From: Verrucomicrobiota bacterium
GTDB lineage: Bacteria > Verrucomicrobiota > Verrucomicrobiia > Opitutales > Seribacteraceae
Length of the DNA stretch: 64,000 nt
Direction: 5' to 3'
NCBI GenBank assembly: GCA_036147595.1
Contig: JAYYIG010000038.1
Span: forward strand, 7,734-71,733
Position numbers and translations under genes: made by a program. Positions 49,610-58,644 of the stretch are shown here, piece after piece. Every line of letters starts with the position of its first letter. Position 1 is the stretch's first letter. Under the pieces are notes generated by a model. The model searched no databases. It had not been told where the DNA came from and saw only the letters and a list, made by a program, of their open reading frames with translations.

Positions 49610-51676
49610 TTATGGTTTCAGATGCAAGGCTAGTTTGCCATTTTTCCCAAGAAAGGGTTTCGATGCCACCACCGCGTGAATCATCGATTTCATCGAATAA
49701 TCTTCTGCTTTTACTCTTTCAACAATCCCGTCCAGTGCCAAAGAATCAGAAGGGATCAGTTCACGCCCAAGCCCGAAAGCTAGAAGGTGTCCGGCAAGGG
49801 CACGCACAAATCGGTCTTTCTCTTTCAGAATTGCATCCTTGAATTCAACAACATTCGAGAATTCATGCTTTCTGAAAAGCGTTCCACCCGAATCAACATC
49901 ACGGCCATTTTCATATTTTTGACGCCAGCGACCAACTGGATCGAAATTCTCCAGTGCAAATCCCAGAGGATCAAGTTTCTCATGACATCCCGCACAATCC
50001 GCCCGTTCGCGGTGGTCCGAGAAGCGTTCACGCAGGGTAAGACTATCATCATGGGCTTTATCCTCCGGCAAAGGAGGCACTTCCGCAGGAGGAGGGGGGG
50101 GAGGAGAATTGAAGATTACACCGGCAATCCAAGCACCACGAGTAATTGGTTTAGTCTCCAAGGGACCGGAAGTCATTGTCATCACCGCACCGTTGGTGAT
50201 CACTCCACCATGTCGTCTGTCAGCAACGGGCTGCCTCGCAAAAGGAATGGTTACGGGACCGCCTAGTTTTCCCTTAGGCTCCTCACCATACCACTTCCTC
50301 AGCCTCGGTGAGCGGAAGGTGTAATTGGAATCAATCAGTTCGAGCACCGAACGGTCTTCGATTAAGACGGTTTCGAAAAGAAGTAACGGTTCCATCATCA
50401 TATCCATGGTCGTGCGGTATAAAGGAGCAGCGTAATAAAAATCCTTGTATTTCTTTTCATCAGGAACCGCGGAAATTATGCGGTCCAACTGCAACCACTG
50501 AGTGGGAAAGGAATCGCAGAACCTTTTTACCTTATGATTCAAAAGCATTCGCTCCACATGATTCACCAGGGTTTCATCTTCGCTAAGAGTGCCATTTTTT
50601 GCAGAGTCTAACAAATCCTCATCTGGCAGGCTCCCCCAAAGAAAGAAGGATAATCTTGAAGCCAAATTGATGTTTTCGATTTGTTGCGACTGCTCCGCGG
50701 CATCACCCACATCGTACAAGTACAGAAATCTTGGCGATGCCAGCACCGCCGAGAGAACTTCTTTCATCACCTCAAGAAATGATTTTCCCTCTTCTAAAGC
50801 CTGCTTGGCATAGGAGAAATATTTATTACTTACTTTCTTGTCTATCGGCCTACGAAAAGCATGCGTCAATAATTTGCCCAACCGTTTCTCGATTTCATCT
50901 TCAATATTTATTTCGTTCCCTGGTTCCTCGAAATAAATCTTCCATGTGCCCACATTTTTAGAATTGAAAGATGGGCTTTGCACAATGCTTCGGCTAAGCC
51001 GGAAAAAATCCTCCATCAACAAAGGCGAAAGCGATAAATGGTCCCCTTGCGTATCATACCCATGCTCTGCCCTCAGATCCTGAGGGAAAGGTGCCACTCC
51101 GTCCATTCTAGGTTCAATCAAACCTGACTTACCAAGCGGTCGACTGCTTACAGTCATTTTGCTCGGCATTTTTCCGCTCTCCGGATTGAAGTATCCGGAA
51201 CGGTCACGCATCATCTTTTCCGGTAAGGGGAACACCTCCACTTTCAAACCCAATAAATCTTTGACCGCATTTGCGTACTGGAAACGGGTCATTCTACGAA
51301 TGGGTGCCTTTACCATCTTTTCATTCGAATTTATAGCCTCCCTAAGCATATTCTTTAATTCTGCAACAATTACTTTTTGATCGTTGGGAGGTATCGGATC
51401 ATTTTCTTCGGGAGGCATCTCTCCAAAATCGATTACTTCAAGTACCATTTGCAGAAGTTCGGGATCTTCTTTAATATCTCCTCCTTCAGTGTAGGAACTT
51501 AAATCGACATCTCCTTTTACCTTGTCCTTCGCACCATGACATTCGATGCAGTGAGTCTTAAATGTTTCCCCAATCGAAAAATCCTTTTTGGCAAAGGCTA
51601 GCTGAAAAAGGGTCAGAGAGGTAAGACCCGTAAATAAGAGGCTGGAAAAAAATATTCTGTAGAACCGCTGGATCAC
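49610..51676 (-). CDS. DUF1587/DUF1595/DUF1592/DUF1588/DUF1585 cytochrome-c-like protein
   Basis: CIECHG, RRMTRFQYAN, ASRLSFFLWGSLPD, PITRGAWI, CAGCHEKLDPLGFALENFD. Confidence 0.92.
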   Translation of the reverse strand: MIQRFYRIFFSSLLFTGLTSLTLFQLAFAKKDFSIGETFKTHCIECHGAKDKVKGDVDLSSYTEGGDIKEDPELLQMVLEVIDFGEMPPEENDPIPPNDQKVIVAELKNMLREAINSNEKMVKAPIRRMTRFQYANAVKDLLGLKVEVFPLPEKMMRDRSGYFNPESGKMPSKMTVSSRPLGKSGLIEPRMDGVAPFPQDLRAEHGYDTQGDHLSLSPLLMEDFFRLSRSIVQSPSFNSKNVGTWKIYFEEPGNEINIEDEIEKRLGKLLTHAFRRPIDKKVSNKYFSYAKQALEEGKSFLEVMKEVLSAVLASPRFLYLYDVGDAAEQSQQIENINLASRLSFFLWGSLPDEDLLDSAKNGTLSEDETLVNHVERMLLNHKVKRFCDSFPTQWLQLDRIISAVPDEKKYKDFYYAAPLYRTTMDMMMEPLLLFETVLIEDRSVLELIDSNYTFRSPRLRKWYGEEPKGKLGGPVTIPFARQPVADRRHGGVITNGAVMTMTSGPLETKPITRGAWIAGVIFNSPPPPPPAEVPPLPEDKAHDDSLTLRERFSDHRERADCAGCHEKLDPLGFALENFDPVGRWRQKYENGRDVDSGGTLFRKHEFSNVVEFKDAILKEKDRFVRALAGHLLAFGLGRELIPSDSLALDGIVERVKAEDYSMKSMIHAVVASKPFLGKNGKLALHLKP

Positions 51677-51916
51677 TTGACGTATAAACTGAGAAATATT
51701 CTAAGAATCCGAATTTTTATTACAAACATAGAAGTAAATATCTGATAGGTATGTTTTATGAATATCAAAAAATGACTCTAACATATCCATTTAAGACTTC
51801 TATTGATTAAATCGATTTAATGAAAACCGACTGTAAATTGCCTATTTCGAGCTTTCTTAATTCTAAATCTTTTGTGGGATTGTAAAAAACAGTCAATTCC
51901 TCATGCTAGTCAAGCA

Positions 51917-53032
51917 ATGTTTTCCCTGGGTCAACTTCAGCTAAAATCCAACTTATTCCTATCTCCACTGGCTGGCTATACCAACCTGCCCTTTCGTTTG
52001 GTAATTCGGGAAATCGGCGGTGTGGACCTTTGCACCACTGACTTGGTTAATGCACGCTCCCTCATCGAACAAAACCCCAAAGCGCTCAAATTGATCGAGA
52101 CCAATCAGAAGGATAGCCCCCTCTCAGTTCAGCTTTTCGGGGGAGTCAAAGAAGAGATGCGAGATGCATCGATTATATTGCAGGAGCTTGGAGTCGACTC
52201 CATCGATGTCAACATGGGGTGCCCCGTTCCCAAGGTCACCAAAACCGGCGGTGGAGCCAGCATGATGAATGAACTCCCCAAAACGCAAGAACTCATTCGT
52301 TCCATGGTTGACACCGTAAAAGTCCCAATTACTGCCAAAATGCGACTAGGTTGGGATGATAAAAATTTAACCGCACCTGATCTTGCCCATGCCCTTGAGG
52401 ATGCGGGGGTCACTGCCATCTTCGTGCACGGACGTACCCGTGCACAAGGATTTGAAGGAGTGGTCAAACTTGATGGTATCCGTAAGGTCGTTGAGGCTGT
52501 CAAAAACATTCCGGTAATCGGAAATGGAGACATTACCACTCCACAAGCGGCCAAGCATATGATCGAACAGACCGGATGCCATGGCGTATCTGCTGGCCGC
52601 GGTGCCTTTTACAACCCTTGGATTTTCCTACACACGCAGCAATATTTGAAAACTGGTATGCTTCCACCCGAGCCTAGCTTCGAAGAGCGTATACGAGTCT
52701 TGCGTAGGCACTACGACCTAATGGTCGAAGTATTTGGTGAAGACCGCGGCTCGCTTCAGTTCCGAAAGATAGCTCCCTGGTATGCCAAAAGATTCGGTCC
52801 CGTGAAGCCATTTAACAACGCCGTTGTGCGCATCAGCTCACGGACAGATTTCGAAAAAGTTCTCACCGATTATCTGGAATGGCGCAAACCATTTACCGAT
52901 GAGGCAGGCAATCTACTCCCACGATATGAATTACCACCCATGATTGCCTCCTTCATGCGGGAAGAGGAGGAATTTCAGGCAAAACAAAGAAAAGAGATCG
53001 GCGTCCCCAAAGGACCCGTCGAAGTCTGGTAA
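51917..53032 (+). CDS. dusB: tRNA-dihydrouridine synthase B
   Basis: LSPLAGYT, DVNMGCPV, KMRLGW, VHGRTR, IGNGDI, GRGA..NPWIF. Confidence 0.92.
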   Translation: MFSLGQLQLKSNLFLSPLAGYTNLPFRLVIREIGGVDLCTTDLVNARSLIEQNPKALKLIETNQKDSPLSVQLFGGVKEEMRDASIILQELGVDSIDVNMGCPVPKVTKTGGGASMMNELPKTQELIRSMVDTVKVPITAKMRLGWDDKNLTAPDLAHALEDAGVTAIFVHGRTRAQGFEGVVKLDGIRKVVEAVKNIPVIGNGDITTPQAAKHMIEQTGCHGVSAGRGAFYNPWIFLHTQQYLKTGMLPPEPSFEERIRVLRRHYDLMVEVFGEDRGSLQFRKIAPWYAKRFGPVKPFNNAVVRISSRTDFEKVLTDYLEWRKPFTDEAGNLLPRYELPPMIASFMREEEEFQAKQRKEIGVPKGPVEVW

Positions 53033-53042
53033 CGGTTAATTA

Positions 53043-53556
53043 CTATTTCCTGTTCCAGGGCATCTTGGCCATCATTATGCCCATCCCGCAGGTATCGGTC
53101 ACGCCTGCAAAGACCAATCCCGCTCCGATAAAGGCGGATAGAGCAAACCCACCCGGATGCACAAACTGCCCGACCGCTGCTCCGATTACCACGAGCGAAC
53201 CTGCTGCTATTCGCACCTGTCTTTCAAGGGACATCACTTTCTTACCTTCATCAACCGGTAACCCTGCCGCATGCCACGCCGAAGTCCCACCCTCGACATT
53301 TACGATATTTGTAAATCCGGCAGCCTCCAGTTTTTTTACTTACTTTCATGGAACGCCCACCGGACTGGCAAATCACATGGATTTCCTGTTCTTTGAAAAA
53401 AGGTATTTTCTCCAACTCCAACGATTCCATCGGATGATTCACTGCCCCATTTGCATGGATCGAACCATACTCTGCTGGCGTCCTTACATCAATGAGAAGA
53501 ATATCTTGAGACTGCTTTCTTTTGTCAAAACTTTGGGAAACGGAAATATTTTGCAT
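53043..53556 (-). pseudogene. Rhodanese plus DUF2892 (YgaP-like) membrane sulfurtransferase, split by a 1-nt frameshift
   Basis: N-terminal half IDVRTPAEY..ICQSGGRS. After the A7 run (T7 at 53331-53337) the +1 frame continues LEAAGFTNIVNVEGGTSAWHAAGLPV..ERQVRIAAG..TDTCGM..MPWN. Confidence 0.8.
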
Positions 53557-53747
53557 TTGCCTGTTATTTGAAAAATAAAAGTTCGAAAATTAAAAGGGAA
53601 ATTGATTAATTTTTAATCAGCGACTTCATAAAATTACTTAAGTTACTTACAATCAATATTTAAAGTATTTTTCTTGTTTTTAAATTTTTTCTTGCATTTC
53701 CATTTTTATTTATTTAGTGTATTTATATCTTTAACTTATCTACACTT

Positions 53748-56243
53748 ATGAATATCCAACGCATTATCTCCAAACTAACAGTAATTTCCTTATGCTTCTC
53801 AACATTTTTGGCCTACGCCACCAAACCCAAAGTGAATGGATTGGACTTCGTCAAGGTTACGCCAAAATTCGACACGGAAAGAATCGGTAAGGTAAACCTA
53901 AACAGTGATCTACTGGCTCACTATTCTTTCGACGGAAACGGAGAAGACAAATCGGGCAATAACAACCACAGTTCCGTGAATGGACCAACTGCTACGAGTA
54001 ATAGGTTTGGACATGAGGAAAATGCATATGCATTTTCGGAAAATTTTATTTTAACCCCTGATTTTTCTCAAATTCTCCACAAGGAACTAACTGTAACCGG
54101 TTGGCTTTACAGAAATCAATCTTCTTCCGGAATCGAGCAAGTCTTTGAAGCACTTACAAATGTTTGGGAAATCTTTCTTGAAACCCAGACTTCTTCAGGA
54201 GACACATTGGAATTCAATCATTCAGGAGATAACAAATACACCATTCGAAGTGGCAGTATTCCAAAATCTGAATGGTTTCATTTCGCTTCGGTAATCGATG
54301 AGGAAAAGCAATCGATTTATATAAACGGTAATCTTGTTTCCAGTGTTGCCCATACAGGAGACTTGCAAATCCGGACTGCCTTCAGGATAGGTCGTGACTA
54401 TGAGGGCAACATCCAACACTGGGATGGTGCCATGGATGATTTCAGAATTTATGGTAGGGGATTGAACGAATATGAAGTCGAAGCACTTTATAAAGATACT
54501 TCCGACATGATTGACTTGGAAGCGGGACTCATAGGCCATTATCCTTTCAGTGGAAACTCAAATGATCGCAGCGGAAACGAAAACCATCTTGAAAATAATG
54601 GTGCAACCATGACATTGGATCGTTTTGGAATGGAAAACTCTGCATTCTCTTTTGATGGCCAAAACAGCTATTTATCTACGGATATTGAAAATCGTAAAGG
54701 CGATTTCTCACTATCCCTTTGGGCTAAGGCTCAAAATATCGAACAAAGTCGCTACCGTTCAGTCATCAACATTCATGATAAAACTCAGGGATCAAGAGAT
54801 ACCTGCCAGATTCACACCAGTGGCGGTCGCTATCCCACTTATCAGTTTTTCTCAAGCAATCCGGAAAGCTTTGCTCTTGTTACTCAGGAATGGCAACATC
54901 TTGCAGTTACAGTGCTCGGAGATGTCATCCGCTTTTACGAAAACGGTGAGCGAGTTTACTCACAGCAACTAGAAGGAGGGGACGCAAATTCTTTCTCTAA
55001 CATCATTATAGGAAAAAACCGTCGAGGTGAAAGAAAGTTCCATGGTTCAATCGACGATGTTTACGTTTACAACCGTGCGATAAACGATGCCGAAGTTGCA
55101 CGAATTTTTGATGGAGGTCTTGAAGATAGTGACGGTGACGGACTTACTGACGAATACGAAGTTGGCAAAGGCAGGTACCAACTTATTGCAGGATCCTACG
55201 ATTGGAGAAGTGCAAAATCTGACGCAGAGAGCAAAGGAGGTCACCTTGCAACCATAACTTCTCAAGAGGAATGGGAAGCTGTCCGAAGAGAAGTTGGTCC
55301 ACTCCCCTCTACTTACTGGTTGGGGGGTACGGATGAGAAAAACGAAGGTGTATGGGAATGGATCACAGGAGAGGCATGGAAATTCACCAAATGGGCGGCG
55401 AATGAGCCCAACAACCTCGGAGATGAAGACTTCCTTCAGACTTGGGGACCATCCCTTGATGGTAACCGTGCATGGAATGACAACCAATTTAATGAAAATC
55501 GCAACGGATACATTCTCGAATTTGGTTACTATTCCAATCCAGATTCAAAGGATAGTGATGGCGACGGGATAGAAGATGGAAATGAGGTGCTTGCCAACAC
55601 AGACCCAAATAATCCTTTCAGTCGCCCAGTGCCTAACTTTACTGCACCAAAGAGCACTCCCGGTGCTCCACCAGTCCCCGACTATGTCGATACCATTAAC
55701 GAACTGACAGAAAAGGTACTTGAACAAACAGTCGAGATTGAAAACCTGAAGGACACCAATCAAGTTCTTACTTCTCAAAATAACGAGCTAAATTCCACCA
55801 ATCAGGAATTAATTGTGAAAGTCCATAATCTTGAAAATGAAGTCGAACTTCTTACTCAGAAAAATGAGAATCTAACTCTTGCATTAGCAGAAGAAGTGGA
55901 GAAGAATGATGTTTTTGCCGCTCAAGTTGCAAACCTTACACATGAGAAAAACATCCTGAGCCATGATCTTGGTGTAAGGACCGAACAAATGGAGGAAGCC
56001 ATTGAAATGGCCCAGGTTCCCTTTATCAAAGGATGGGTTTACGACAACGACCGTGGATGGATGTTCACCGATGCCGATCATTATCCCATGATTTACACTC
56101 ACAACGATGATACTTGGCACTACTTCGAACTAGGCTCCAGCGATCCCCGATACTTTTTTAATTTCAAGTCACAACAATGGGAAGCATGGGATGCCCTACC
56201 CGAGGAAAATGATTCCAATCTCGCTGATAACAATAATTTGTAA
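53748..56243 (+). CDS. Secreted/surface lectin-like protein: LamG x2, C-type lectin, coiled coil and aromatic C-terminal domain
   Basis: Signal peptide; two L.xHY.FxGN..D.SGN.NH...G.(M/I)DD..(I/V)Y.R repeats; GGHLATITS.EE, WLGGTD..EG.WEW, EPN, WND; DSDGDG motifs. Confidence 0.88.
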   Translation: MNIQRIISKLTVISLCFSTFLAYATKPKVNGLDFVKVTPKFDTERIGKVNLNSDLLAHYSFDGNGEDKSGNNNHSSVNGPTATSNRFGHEENAYAFSENFILTPDFSQILHKELTVTGWLYRNQSSSGIEQVFEALTNVWEIFLETQTSSGDTLEFNHSGDNKYTIRSGSIPKSEWFHFASVIDEEKQSIYINGNLVSSVAHTGDLQIRTAFRIGRDYEGNIQHWDGAMDDFRIYGRGLNEYEVEALYKDTSDMIDLEAGLIGHYPFSGNSNDRSGNENHLENNGATMTLDRFGMENSAFSFDGQNSYLSTDIENRKGDFSLSLWAKAQNIEQSRYRSVINIHDKTQGSRDTCQIHTSGGRYPTYQFFSSNPESFALVTQEWQHLAVTVLGDVIRFYENGERVYSQQLEGGDANSFSNIIIGKNRRGERKFHGSIDDVYVYNRAINDAEVARIFDGGLEDSDGDGLTDEYEVGKGRYQLIAGSYDWRSAKSDAESKGGHLATITSQEEWEAVRREVGPLPSTYWLGGTDEKNEGVWEWITGEAWKFTKWAANEPNNLGDEDFLQTWGPSLDGNRAWNDNQFNENRNGYILEFGYYSNPDSKDSDGDGIEDGNEVLANTDPNNPFSRPVPNFTAPKSTPGAPPVPDYVDTINELTEKVLEQTVEIENLKDTNQVLTSQNNELNSTNQELIVKVHNLENEVELLTQKNENLTLALAEEVEKNDVFAAQVANLTHEKNILSHDLGVRTEQMEEAIEMAQVPFIKGWVYDNDRGWMFTDADHYPMIYTHNDDTWHYFELGSSDPRYFFNFKSQQWEAWDALPEENDSNLADNNNL

Positions 56244-56281
56244 GCTAATATTTAGTGTATATACATAGAAAGGTAAATGCA

Positions 56282-56503
56282 ATGAATGCTGATTCACTTC
56301 TTAATCCCAGACTTTTAGAAACTGCGAATTTCTCGCTTGCAAGCAATCCACCGTTATCGATCAAAAACGATAAATTATCTGGAGAAAATTTTGATCCTGA
56401 TAATTTGAATCCAATGTGGGCTGACATCCAAAAAAGAAAATCAGCAAATACTCAAACCGATGTTTTCTCTTTAAGTGATTATTCCAAAGCAAAACCACCA
56501 TAA
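56282..56503 (+). CDS. Small hypothetical protein
   Basis: 73-codon ORF with AAGG upstream, filling the gap before a terminator; no recognisable motif. Confidence 0.4.
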   Translation: MNADSLLNPRLLETANFSLASNPPLSIKNDKLSGENFDPDNLNPMWADIQKRKSANTQTDVFSLSDYSKAKPP

Positions 56504-56527
56504 AATCCTTTAGTATGGATATAGGGC

Positions 56528-56559
56528 AAAAGCGGGACTACTGAATGGGTCCCGCTTTT
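56528..56559. terminator. Bidirectional intrinsic terminator
   Basis: Inverted repeat AAAAGCGGGAC...GTCCCGCTTTT between convergent genes. Confidence 0.85.
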
Positions 56560-57276
56560 TTATTTCCAAATTTCCTGCTCTTTTAATTGATTGGTGGCAG
56601 CCTCAACCCATCCTCGATTGGCCGCCGGACTGGCAGGACTGGGGTGAAGGATCATCCCGATCTTAATCTCTATCCCCTTAAGTGCTTCCTCTGCCCGTTT
56701 TTTGGCAAATCCCCCTACTCCGATCAACCAATCGGGTTCCAAAATCTCGACAATCTCCTGCAAGTGATTATCGCACAGCTCTTCCAAAGGTTTTTTTTCG
56801 GAAGCAGGTAATTTGTCCGGTGTTCGGTTCCTCCCGCTCTCTTCCATGAAAACCAGCGGGCAGTAATTGGCCACAAAGTGATCCTTGAAGAAATCCTTCG
56901 CATCAGGGAATTTCTCGGAAAACAATCCCCATAATCTCCGTCCGCTCACTTCGCTCTTCGTACAGGCCAACCCTTCTACTGGGCGCTTCGGATGTTCAGG
57001 ACTAGGTCTGTCCACCTCTCCCCGCAAGTTCATCCAGTCACGAACGGCGGGAATCTCTCCAAAGGGCACACCCGTCTGAGCCATTCCGAAAGGTCCGGGG
57101 TTCATTCCCAAAAAAACCACTTTCTTTTTTCCTTCACCTGCCAACTTCAAATACTGCTCATGAATCGCCCAGGCATATTCCAGAGGATTGTAAATAAAAG
57201 ATGTGGGTGAGCTAAAAGACAGGGAATTTACCATTTCCGACAGTTTCTTTGCTGCTTTAGTAAGTGAATCGCTCAT
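56560..57276 (-). CDS. smug1: SMUG1-type (family 3) uracil-DNA glycosylase
   Basis: YNPLEYA, GMNPGPFGMAQTGVPFG, SEVSGRR, NYCPL, HPSP. Confidence 0.93.
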   Translation of the reverse strand: MSDSLTKAAKKLSEMVNSLSFSSPTSFIYNPLEYAWAIHEQYLKLAGEGKKKVVFLGMNPGPFGMAQTGVPFGEIPAVRDWMNLRGEVDRPSPEHPKRPVEGLACTKSEVSGRRLWGLFSEKFPDAKDFFKDHFVANYCPLVFMEESGRNRTPDKLPASEKKPLEELCDNHLQEIVEILEPDWLIGVGGFAKKRAEEALKGIEIKIGMILHPSPASPAANRGWVEAATNQLKEQEIWK

Positions 57277-57278
57277 GG

Positions 57279-58547
57279 CTATTTCTCAAGAGGAATGTCA
57301 AGGAGCATGGAAAGGTCCAACGCATCACTTTCCGCCTTAAAACGGACTTCCAATTTCGGCATGAATCTAGAATAATTCTTTTTTTCATTATGGCATAGAA
57401 TATTGAAGACTATTTTCTCTTTGGCACCTGGATCTAGTGAAATATTTCTAGCAGTTGGGCTTATCACTAAATTCGCAGATTTTGGACTTATCCAATTTAA
57501 TCTTCCGTCAATATGAAAATCAAACGGATTTGCCAAAATTAAGGTCAGGGACTTTCCATCCAGTTTGGTCTGTCTTTTGAAATATTCCTCAAATACCAGG
57601 CTGCGCCAAAAGATTTGATGACTCTCAGTGGTTACATCGTCCTTCATAATTCCATCGATGGTTAAATTGGCCATTCTCGGACCTTTGTCTGTCATGGTCA
57701 CCCATGTTGCATGGTCAAATTCACCAAATGCCTCTCCTCTTAGCTTACTTCCCCCTCCAGTAGTGCCAAGTGTGTAGAAAGAAGTACCGTTTCTTTCATA
57801 TTTTCCATAATGATGAACATGTCCTGCAAACACAGTATGCAGTCTACCTTTCAAAGCTTTGGCGATCTTCGGCCAACCCGTCTCTGTCTTACGAAGAATT
57901 TTTTTTCCTTTATCCCTAATCAAAATACCCTCTTCCAATAACCAAAGAGGCTGATGCATAAAAACGAGGGTCCACCGAGCTTTATCATTTTTCTTAAGCT
58001 CTTCCAGCGTCCAATCTATCTGCTCATCCTGAAGTAGAGCAGGCTTTGCCCCAGGACCACCCTGTGTATTCAGGCACAAAAAAAGAACATCTTCATAAAG
58101 AAAAGAGTAGTAACGAACTCCAAACATTTCGTCCCATATTTGGTCCGCAACTTCATTACCAAGATCATGATTTCCGGGAAGATAGAAGAAAGGCATATCA
58201 AACCCCTTGATAAATGAATTGAATTCTTGCCATTGTCCCTTGAGCTTTTCGACATTTCGATTGCCCATCCCACCTTGGATCAAATCTCCCACCGTAATCA
58301 CAAACTCCGGGCGAAGTTCATTAAGTTTTCCCACCGCTTTGGGAAAAACGCCCTGCCTTGCGCCACCTGTTCGATCGGCAACAATCGCGAACTGAAAATC
58401 CTTCGGATCATTGAGAAAATCTTTATCCGTCCACGGTTTTTTTTTCGTTTGAACGGAATGTTTAAAACTTGAAATTTTCTCTACGGCACTCAGCAAGAAG
58501 GAACACTGATAAATGCCAAAGGAAAGAAGGAATAACCATATTTTCAT
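57279..58547 (-). CDS. Secreted calcineurin-like metallophosphoesterase
   Basis: Signal peptide; VADRTGG, GDLIQG, PGNHD, FMHQP, AGHVH. Confidence 0.88.
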   Translation of the reverse strand: MKIWLFLLSFGIYQCSFLLSAVEKISSFKHSVQTKKKPWTDKDFLNDPKDFQFAIVADRTGGARQGVFPKAVGKLNELRPEFVITVGDLIQGGMGNRNVEKLKGQWQEFNSFIKGFDMPFFYLPGNHDLGNEVADQIWDEMFGVRYYSFLYEDVLFLCLNTQGGPGAKPALLQDEQIDWTLEELKKNDKARWTLVFMHQPLWLLEEGILIRDKGKKILRKTETGWPKIAKALKGRLHTVFAGHVHHYGKYERNGTSFYTLGTTGGGSKLRGEAFGEFDHATWVTMTDKGPRMANLTIDGIMKDDVTTESHQIFWRSLVFEEYFKRQTKLDGKSLTLILANPFDFHIDGRLNWISPKSANLVISPTARNISLDPGAKEKIVFNILCHNEKKNYSRFMPKLEVRFKAESDALDLSMLLDIPLEK

Positions 58548-58644
58548 TAGAATATCGAACTCTGTTAAGTTCTAACAGATTTCGCAAGTTTGATTCATTT
58601 CTTCCTTTGATCTGCTCTTTTTTCACAAAGTAAAGTCAGAATGA

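Noticed and set aside
50085-50106. G8 run with flanking GGA triplets as a phase-variable tract
   Set aside because: It encodes the poly-proline (SPPPPPP) typical of DUF1588-type proteins and the frame is intact.
57279-58547. Metallophosphoesterase as a DNA end-processing partner of SMUG1 (2-bp gap)
   Set aside because: It has an N-terminal signal peptide and is probably exported.
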